Shown here one piece after another: positions 24,740 to 33,000 of a stretch of 33,000 bases of DNA (position 1 is its first letter; each line of letters opens with the position of its first letter). Position numbers and translations under genes: made by a program. The stretch lies in assembly GCA_976226885.1 (NCBI GenBank), contig OZ320313.1, forward strand, positions 37,572,001-37,605,000, given 5' to 3'. The notes below the pieces were generated by a model that ran no database searches, had not been told where the DNA came from, and saw nothing but the letters and a program-made list of their open reading frames with translations. This DNA is from Iphione sp. A-MEVVRFRX5 (lineage: Eukaryota).

Positions 24740-25021
24740 AACCATGTCGATTCAATTTTTGTTCATTAAAATTTGGAGAGATCAGACCCTTTTAGGTCAT
24801 ACCAAGATAAAATTAACTTATATGAATCATAAATGCATCTTTCTGATATGGTTCCATGAACTTTTTGTCTATAAATTTCGATTTGACAACACTCTGCGTA
24901 ACATTCTGAACTCATCCTGGTACCCCTCCCTTGATTTCGAGCGAACATAAGGTATGGGAACCAGGACGATTGTAATTCCCGCTTGGCGGCGAACTTTTCG
25001 TGAATATAATCGGATTTTAGC

Positions 25022-25180
25022 AAAAACTCAGGTGATTTCCACCGAAATACCATCAAAATCAGGTGAATTCATCTAAAAGTCGTCAAAACTTAGGCATAAT
25101 CATCCGAAAATCCGGAAAACTCAGGTGAATTCGTCGCAAAAGCATCAAATCTAAGGTAATTTCGTCCGAAAATCCGTATG
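25022..25180. repeat. ~31-bp tandem array (5 units) with ~62-bp higher-order dimer
   Basis: Units begin AAAA(C)TCAGGTGA(A/T)TTC or AAA.CT.AGG.....TC.TCCGAAAATCCG. The block 25055-25115 aligns with 25116-25180. Confidence 0.75.
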
Positions 25181-25328
25181 AAAAATCAAAAATCGTGCGA
25201 AGCACACTGGTATCCTTAATAATAGGACATTCTCGGGGAAGATCAGTTCCCCCGCCGTGCAGACAAAAACATGCCTCATGCTACTTCCAACGCTAATAGT
25301 TGAATAGGGCTCTGGAGGTCTACCCACA

Positions 25329-25392
25329 TCTCTATGTCTCTGTCTCTGTCTCTCACCCTCTCTCTGTCTTTCTGTGTCTCTTTGTCTCTCTC
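25329..25392. repeat. Imperfect (TC/TG)n simple repeat
   Basis: TCTCTATGTCTCTGTCTCTGTCTCTC... It explains the MSLSLSLTLSLS start of ORF 25334..25642. Confidence 0.8.
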
Positions 25393-27114
25393 ATTCCCTT
25401 TCTTTCTTACTGTTATTTTGTTAAATGATGAATCGGCATTACATCAACCATATCATCACAGCTGCGTGTGGTATGTTTTTTCCTATGGTGACCGAATCTA
25501 CACCCTCCCATTCAGGGTCCTCGTTATCTACAAGGTTCCTGATAGATGTACATGTAATCACCAAATCTCAATTCATCGGAAGACCCACTCTACGACGATC
25601 TATGGCAATCAGGGTAGATGTAACATGTATAGCTTACACTAGCTGAGTGACCGAAACACACCTGACGAAAATGTACAAAAAAAGATATTAGTGTGAAATA
25701 ATTTACATTTGGCCCTGTAAAGTACATTTGTCTATTATCAGCCGACGTTGTCAGGTTATTACGACGTCCCACCTGGTTGTACTGAAGCTGCATTAAGTAT
25801 TATTGAAGTTTCCCCCCTAAAAATAATGCATTTTCATTCCGTTGAATAGGTTTGCTACTCAACCAGTTTGGCCACCCCTCCCATTCCAAATATACCCTAT
25901 TTACTGCCATGAATATATATGAGTTCCCTGCTATCGTTTAAATCCTTGAGCTGTCTTATGAAATATTTTCCTCAATGAGTAGCTTTCAGTGCGTAAGTGG
26001 TCATCCAAGCGTTTGCGGCTCCTTTTCAGGGTACAGTGCGCTGTATTAATATCTCCGTATTCAACTGTTAAGTTTAAGCCACCTTTAGGCATTCCATGGT
26101 GGTCTAACTGCCTCCAGGTGAGGAGATCAAATACCAACGGATTAAATGAAATTCCTCGCTCCTATCACGCCATAGTTCTACCTTTCAGTCCATCCCATGC
26201 TGCATGGACTGAGACGTTATTGGAGTAATATAATCTATTTTTTCGCCATTCTATTGTGATTAATAGCATAGCTAAAATTCGACTGCTACACCTGTCTATA
26301 GTATAGCGGATCACCTCGTGAAATGTATATAAATATACGCATATTACACCTTTCCGTGACATGTATCAATGACAAGCAAATTATGTCATATGATTGATTA
26401 TAAACGTTCACAGATACTAATGTTCACGAATGAAATGAGCTTTTCCATGACAGAAAAAAGGTAATTTGTTGTGTGTCACTCGTTATACGTTGTTCCGCTT
26501 TAAAAAGCAGCGTCTCAGTAAATATGGAGTTTAGCATGTTCCTATAAACGCCACGCATGCCATCAACATTGTATATGAAGAATATGTACAGTCGCAACCC
26601 ACCTAACAGGCAACTTGACCAGATGCGTACCCCACAGATACAGACAGTTTTGCATAGTCTCAATTGGGTTTTCTGCTTTTGTTAGGGGTAAAATGATTCA
26701 GAAGTATGACCAACCCCCATGATGTGGGCACCTCACCCGATGACCAGGAGGATAAGGCCTATCTCAATCCCGGTAGGCGGTAAAAGTGCATCATCACTCT
26801 ATACTGGCAACCCCTATGAGTACCCTATGATGTGACGTACATAGTTCACAATATGCCTACAGGTAGTGTAGCTGTCTCGGAATGTGTACGTCAAAATACA
26901 GGTTTGTGCTCATTGACAATTCAAGTGGTTAAGTGAGTAATATTGAATTGTCTAATGCAGATACACTATGAAAACACATTCATAAATAGTTTTAAAGTAT
27001 GAATATAAATTCAATGGTAAATATTACATGAAACTGCCTTGTACATGTACATGCACATTATGAGTTGTTACCGTTATCTACTACCCGAGGCTGCTGTCTA
27101 CTCCTAAATCCACT

Positions 27115-28491
27115 ATGGCCTCTCACAAAAGAAAGGCGTTGAGCCTTGCATGGAAGGTGAAGCTTATCCAGTCAGCCGGTCGCAGATAACAGAGATAGTT
27201 GGCCACCGATTTCAGAACAGGGAAAGCACAAGTTTTCCCCATTTTTAAACAGAAATGATAGTATTCTTCAGATTATGAGAAGTGAGACAACCCACAAGCC
27301 AAGAGGAAGTGTATCACTCCTGAGTTTGAGAGAATGGAAAATGCCATGCTCTTATGTTTCACCAAGACCAGCGCTGAGGGGGTACCTCGGTCAGTGCCAA
27401 TGATACAGGCCAGGGCCTTGTCCATAACCACTGACATGGGCATCCAAAACTTCAGGGCATCTGTTGGTTAGCTGACATGTTTAAGGCCAGACACTGCATC
27501 TCAGGACAGGAGGTGTTAGGCAATGTTGACATGGAGGTGGTTGATGACTGGCACCAAAGAATACCAGTACTCCTCCAAGATTTCTAAGAGGAAGACATCT
27601 ACAATGTAGATGAAATGGACATCTTCTACAGAGTGATGGCTGGCAGGACATTATCAGTCAAAAAGACAGATGTGGCAGGAGGCAAAAAAATTTCAAAGAC
27701 AGGCTAACCCTTTTTATATGTACTTCTATGACCAGTGTCTTTGAGAAGCCATTCATTATAGGGAAATCTGAAAGGTTGCCTTACTTTTGGACAATGCTCC
27801 CTTCCACCCTAAGGATGTGTATGTGTCTAATGTTAAGCTTTGTATCTACCAGCAAACATCACCAATGTCCTTCAGCTCCTGGAGGAAAGGATAATTCTGA
27901 AAGTTAAGAGCAATCAACTAGGCAGAGGCAGGGAAAGACACATCCAGTACCATCAAGCATCACAAAGAGTATGGATGTCCACCACTCAGTCACCTGAGTC
28001 AAGCAGGCAGTGAAAACTCTTCCTGCATTCACTGTCATGAAATGCTTCCTGAATTCAGGGGGTGCAAGACTCACCTCCTGATAAGGTTGACAGTGAGTAT
28101 GAGGGTGAGGATGTCATCCCCTTGGCAGAGCTCATTAGCAGATCTGACAGAGCCCTGGATCTGCCTGGACCTCCTATGAGTTCTAGGAGGTGTCTTCTTG
28201 TACATCTCAGGATTCTCTTGATCATGACTGAGAGGGTAAACTACTGGAGGAGGTCAAGGAGGAGCAAGAAACATCAGATGAGGATGGAGAAGATAATGAG
28301 GAGGAGCCCCAGAAATCTATCACACAAGTACAGGTGCATGAGATGGTTGGGTCCAGGACTTTTTTGCTGCAGAACAAGAACTTCACCCCCACCTTGACTC
28401 TCTGATGGGAACCATACCCCTGTTCAACCAGAACAGGATCAAGAAAGAAAAGGTGTCGACCACCCTTCGATCATTTCTCTCCAGGAAGTGA
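27115..28491 (+). mobile_element. Decayed pogo/Tigger-family (CENP-B/TIGD-like) DDE transposase; pseudogenised, with an internal deletion
   Basis: Manual translation gives MASHKRKALSLAWKVKLIQ (psq-type HTH start); MENAMLLCF..GVPRSVPMIQARAL..FRASVG*L..FKARH (CENP-B HTH); DIYNVDEMDIFYR (first catalytic Asp motif); GGKK..KDRLTLF..EKPFIIGKS joined directly to LLLDNAPFHP (second Asp); YLPANITNVLQLLEERII (cf. LPPNTTSxLQPLDxGII); an acidic tail and the C-terminus STTLRSFLSRK*. Many stops and frameshifts. Confidence 0.93.
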
Positions 28492-29019
28492 TGGACAGAT
28501 GTTAATTTCTGTTAATTGCTAGTGAATTTTCATGTGATGTTGATTTCTGAGCATATCTGCAATACTTCTTTTATAGATATCATTCATTTACAGTACACAG
28601 ACTCTTTGTTTATTTCCCTTCTTATTGCAACTGTATTAACACTTATTAACCTACCCCTACAACCCGTTTCTCTCTATGTTCCTAAAATCTTCCCAATCCT
28701 TTATATCCTGTATTCTGGGGCCTCTCTTCAAGTTGGCCTCTTTTTATACGCTCTGCCGTATGCATGTTTAGGTCAATTTGTTGATTTTCTGTTCACCGAA
28801 ACTTGTGTCATCTGATGTGGCTCAAACTTGGGATCATCTTGCTTAGGATCTATTGCTAATACCAACCATGCCATTCGGTCAACCACAGGTTAGATATTGT
28901 CTTTTTTGAGTAACCTAACTTTCTGTACATGTACATTAGTGACCGCATATTAATTTTTATGATTTTTGGAAATAATACATGCTTGTGTAACATTATATGT
29001 ATTATATTGCTAAATGTTC

Positions 29020-30530
29020 TCATTCAAAGTCCATAATGAACCATAAGTTGTCTTTCATGATTATTACAGTTTTGATCTCATCAGGTATTGCTATGGTTAT
29101 TTTTGCTTTTCAACTCTTTCATATTAGTTTCTCTGAATATGTTGTCGTCAGTCTCCCCCTGGTTTTTGTCAGACAGCTGGAGCCCTAGGCTGAATGCTTC
29201 TGTGGGTTCAGACATTCTTGGTGGATTTTCAGTGGTTGCTACTCAAGAAGTTAATGTTGTCTGTGAAATAAGTGTCATGGTTGGAGCTGTAGCCATAGAT
29301 GGTTTTTTACCTTTTTTGTTACTACCTTACCTGTTTCCTATGTTGGCACTGGGGCTAGAGGGCATAAGATATCTGATGTTCCTTTTGCTCAGATGCCTGT
29401 TTGGAATTCTGTGTAGCACTAGATTTGTGGCCACTAATGGATGAAATGGCCTGCTCATCCAGATGGGCCTTGTACGAGTACATACAGCAACTAGCTTTTC
29501 CACTGCCACCTATCATCTTTCTCCTTTCCACATTTATGCTACCTCAATACACATCTTATGTAGATATTTTCGTAAGATGTCCTGTCCCACTGGCTTTATA
29601 CTAAATCAAAATGTTCCGAAAAGATTTGGCATAGGACTTCTATAGAACCAATCAAGCTCTGCAATCTGATTTAAAAACTTCTAATAAAAAGGCGTTATAC
29701 ATTTCTAATGTCCAGGTTTGCTGAAATAACTGACAAATCTGGCCTTGGCTGTACACCCTAATGTGTCAGTTATCATTTTAGATAGCCTTCCATCATATGT
29801 GAAAAAGATGGAGATGAATCCCCTCATGCTGTAGCTAGAGGAATCTAGAGTTTTGTAATTTTCAGTGAACAAATTTCATTAATCCCCAATACCTACTTTT
29901 CACATGGCATCAGACCAAACCATCTATAGAATTTAGATCACAATGGCTTTCTGTAGCTTGGGTGAATGGGGTCAAACACTATATATCTGTCATCTCCGTC
30001 ACTGGGGTAGATACCAACAAGAGGTTATCATTTTCACCCCCTTGAATGTCTTCTGGGTCCTTGGCTATTTCGGTAATGTTTCCATCCTCCTTTTCCAGCA
30101 TTTCTCTCTTTGACAGACTTCACTCATCTAATTTGCTATCTGTTCATCTCAGTTATGAGCTCCTTCCATTTATAATGTCCTGGCAGGCTTCAAAGAGAGT
30201 GTGTTGACTGCCAAAATTATGTAATTGATTTTCTCTAGTTTGAACCTCTCCAACTACTTGTTTTGTGGTGATCCATCAACATCCTCTGCAAAGGAACAAT
30301 TGTTATTCTACTTGAAGTCACTCAAGCTGGCCTGCACTGAATTGATGACTTCTCCAAACAAATAATATAATTTCCTAATTTAAATATCTTCTTGGCTTCC
30401 CCTCATTGGTAGCTAATACTTTTATCGATCAGAATTTCTACAAGGCAAATCCTATTGAGACACAATGATTTTATTCTTAATCAGTCTCCTCAGCTTCACC
30501 TCATCAACTGACCATGTATTTTTCTTTAAA
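29020..30530 (-). mobile_element. Decayed Crypton-type DNA transposon tyrosine recombinase (DUF3504-like)
   Basis: Minus-strand translation gives KPGH*KCITPFY*KFLNQIAELDWFYRSP, F*FSIKPVGQDILRKYLHKMCIE and IGGSGKASCCMYSYKAHLDEQAISSISGHKSSATQNSKQASEQKEHQISYAL. This matches the Crypton pattern W(F/Y)xxxPVGxxxLxxxxxxMCxxAG...TNHSx(R/K)xT..LY....EQxI...GHxS..(V)xxYKRxSxxQ. A S/T-rich tail follows, ending ..DFE* at 29020. The upstream boundary is approximate. Confidence 0.8.
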
Positions 30531-33000
30531 AGCCGTCTCGGCTATTGGCTCACAGATCCTAACCCGCTTGACTGGATGGACAAATCACACTATAGACAGG
30601 GGGCGGGGAGGTAGTGTAAATTAGATAATGTACTCGTACACAGGGTTATGTACTCAGTATAAACGATGAACCAGTATTCCACACTTTGGGATGGAGTACG
30701 TAGGAAGTTAACAACCATACGGTAGCCATCATCATGGCTTCAGGTCAACCTGCCCCGGAATCAGAGCACCTTTCACAAATGCTGATTGTGGCTGCTAGGA
30801 ATCCTCTGAAGGGGGCAGTCACCTCACCCTCATCGTTATCGTTTCCAGTAGTTATCTGCTTCAGGAAGGCCGGAAAATAGCTTTTTGTCACGGCGAACAA
30901 AACTAATGTCATCGGGTTTTCATATTGCAGATAACAAATGAAACACTATCCAGTGACATAAAAGAATCCAGAAGCAGCTGCATAGCCGTAATCCGACTGA
31001 GAAAAAAGAGCTAACTCCATTTTTGTCGTAAATTTTGTTCGGTATTGATAACTTCCAATCCACTGAAGATAAAACATTCTGTCCAGTAGATAAGATTTCG
31101 CCGGATGAAAAGTGCTGTCAACAGTGGATGTTCCAGTCTCTAGTTCAACCCTCTGCTGCAATAACTTTATAGCTCTCGTATGGCCGTCCTTAATGGAGGG
31201 ATGTGCATTGTCCACAGGATCGACCAAATATTACATTTCTTACGTACCTTTCACTAACCATTTTGGAAAAGGTAGATAACAACTCTGTTGTGACAGTTAA
31301 TTCAGTCCTATTGGCAATTGGATGTTAGTTAAGTACCCTTCACGTAAAAAATCCCATAATTCATATTCTAATGTATAATTTTTTTTCCAGGGATGCATTT
31401 GTCACACATACAAATATTTATATTCTTGCTCTGAATTAAATGTAATGGAAGCGCATTTCTAATCGTATCTACACATATGAACATAAAGTAGAACATGCAT
31501 TAAAATCTTATAAAACAGCAGAAATAATATGCATGACAAGAAATTGATGGAAACCACCCTTAACTATCCACTTTATAAGCAACCGACAGAGTTGGGATAC
31601 ACACAGACAAACGTAGGGAATGGCCTCTGCCTTTCTTCCCCTACACACAGTCCGCCGTTCGTGGAGGTGCATATCCACAATATATAAATTATATTTAATA
31701 ATGTAGGCAATTCCTTTTAGTCAGTAATTTACAGCTGGAATGAGGTGCATGTTTAGCATTAAGGCCAACCGCATGGGCCGTGGCTAAAGTTGTGTCTATC
31801 GTGGGGGAGAAACCGTTACACGGACACTATTAGAAGAAGCGGCCAGAATGCCAGACCAGGCATGGAAAGGTCATAGTAAGTGCATGAATTCATGACCCGC
31901 GAAGACCCATTGGTGACGGAATCATTCTACCATCAGCCATGGCAGTCCACTGAAAAAATGGAAGAAATGTATGCATAAACACAAGCATACACACATAAAC
32001 AAAGGTAGTGTAGGGATCTTTGTCAGTCAGTACTGTGAAAGCTCATTCAGTACAAGGGAAAACTGGGTCATTCAGTGCAGGTTTACAGTTATCAAGTGCG
32101 AGTGGCAAGACTTTGCAAGGGTCTCATGTAACATAAGGTTGGAGCAGCCTGAATGAACCCGATTGGAAAGAAGTAATAAGCTGCCCTCTGACTGGTGGTT
32201 TTAGGTGACATTTTGTGTTTATCTCATGGAACCTGTAAGCCTATATTAAGGACATGTTTTCTGAGTAAAAAAATAGTTTTTTTGGCCCTGACATGTTTTA
32301 TTTGATAGCCCAGCTTACAATAGTAACAGTAGTTTACAGCACATTGAGATGCGATAAGATAAGATTAATTTTTGTTCCATCATGCGGTTTGAATTAAGGA
32401 TGACTGCCATGATATAATCATTTAAAGAAACCATTGAGGTTGCTATGGTAAAATTTACAGCTTTGTAGGGCCTTTAAAATGTTGTGCACATGATATAGAC
32501 TGCACACGTTGCCCTTGCATCGTTTATGCAGCCAGCCTCATCTCCCCTTCCAACATCATCTGCTACTTCCTGCTATATACACTGTTTTCCTTTCTACCAC
32601 AGCACATGAATCTATATTCAATCTGCGTCATCCAAACTCATGATGCTTTGTGAAACTATCCGAGTGTAATGGAGTCGGTACTATGGTTTGACAATGCAAT
32701 GTAAATCCTCTAATCAGAACATCCTTGGCTCTTTCCCAAGTGATCTATAATTAGGTGTGTCCCTATTATATATATCTTTTGATATATGGCAAGTGTAACC
32801 TGTTCTTCTCACGTGTGTCCCTAGTCGAGGCATGTGCCCACTGGGGTTGTGTCCCAAAGGTTCCCCTGTGAACTGAATAGGCCTGGTATATCATGATGGT
32901 GGGAAGAGATAAGTGAAAAGTAGGTATGAATGATGCAGGGCCTCTGATATGGGTATCCCAAGGTCATGTAAACCTATATTGGCAGTTCACGGCAAGTATT

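Noticed and set aside
13968-26029. Three 32-37 nt GT..AG spans (13968-14000 +, 22729-22698 -, 25993-26029 +) suggesting tiny introns
   Set aside because: Splicing them out yields only short, unconvincing frames; most likely chance juxtaposition.
28062-28397. 111-aa ORF
   Set aside because: Partly off-frame reading of the acidic C-terminal part of the Tigger relic, not a separate gene.
30946-32156. ORFs 30946..31227 and 31971..32156 and nearby splice-like sites
   Set aside because: No recognisable homology or consistent exon structure.
1-33000. tRNA, rRNA, conserved bilaterian miRNAs, C/D snoRNAs, RAG/Transib RSS-like ends, CRISPR arrays
   Set aside because: Checked by eye against remembered sequences and motifs with no convincing match; an Infernal/Rfam scan would be needed to exclude ncRNAs.

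Overview
Eukaryotic (animal) genomic DNA, roughly 40% GC by eye, that looks intronic or intergenic. The repeat content and the frequent TACATGTA palindrome suggest a marine invertebrate, but this is inference. I could not recognise any intact host protein-coding gene, rRNA, tRNA or CRISPR array. Most supplied ORFs are explained by microsatellites, strand-skewed low-complexity DNA or chance. The well-supported content is mobile-element derived: a decayed pogo/Tigger DDE transposase (+, 27115-28491); a decayed Crypton-type tyrosine recombinase (-, about 29020-30530) facing it tail to tail; a CR1/L2-type LINE reverse-transcriptase fragment (+, about 20790-21355); two non-autonomous TIR elements (1809-2085 with a 5-bp flanking duplication; 11707-12647 with 41-bp TIRs and five copies of a 14-bp motif); and several minisatellites and (GA)n tracts. 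CpG content varies sharply at kb scale: there is no CpG in about 1.07 kb of the Tigger relic, against about 25 in 360 bp near 10.7 kb. Several segments with splice signals are listed as low-confidence exon candidates only. The most novel-looking lead is a possible second decayed reading frame just downstream of the Crypton recombinase. I cannot support a claim of a new biological system from the sequence alone.
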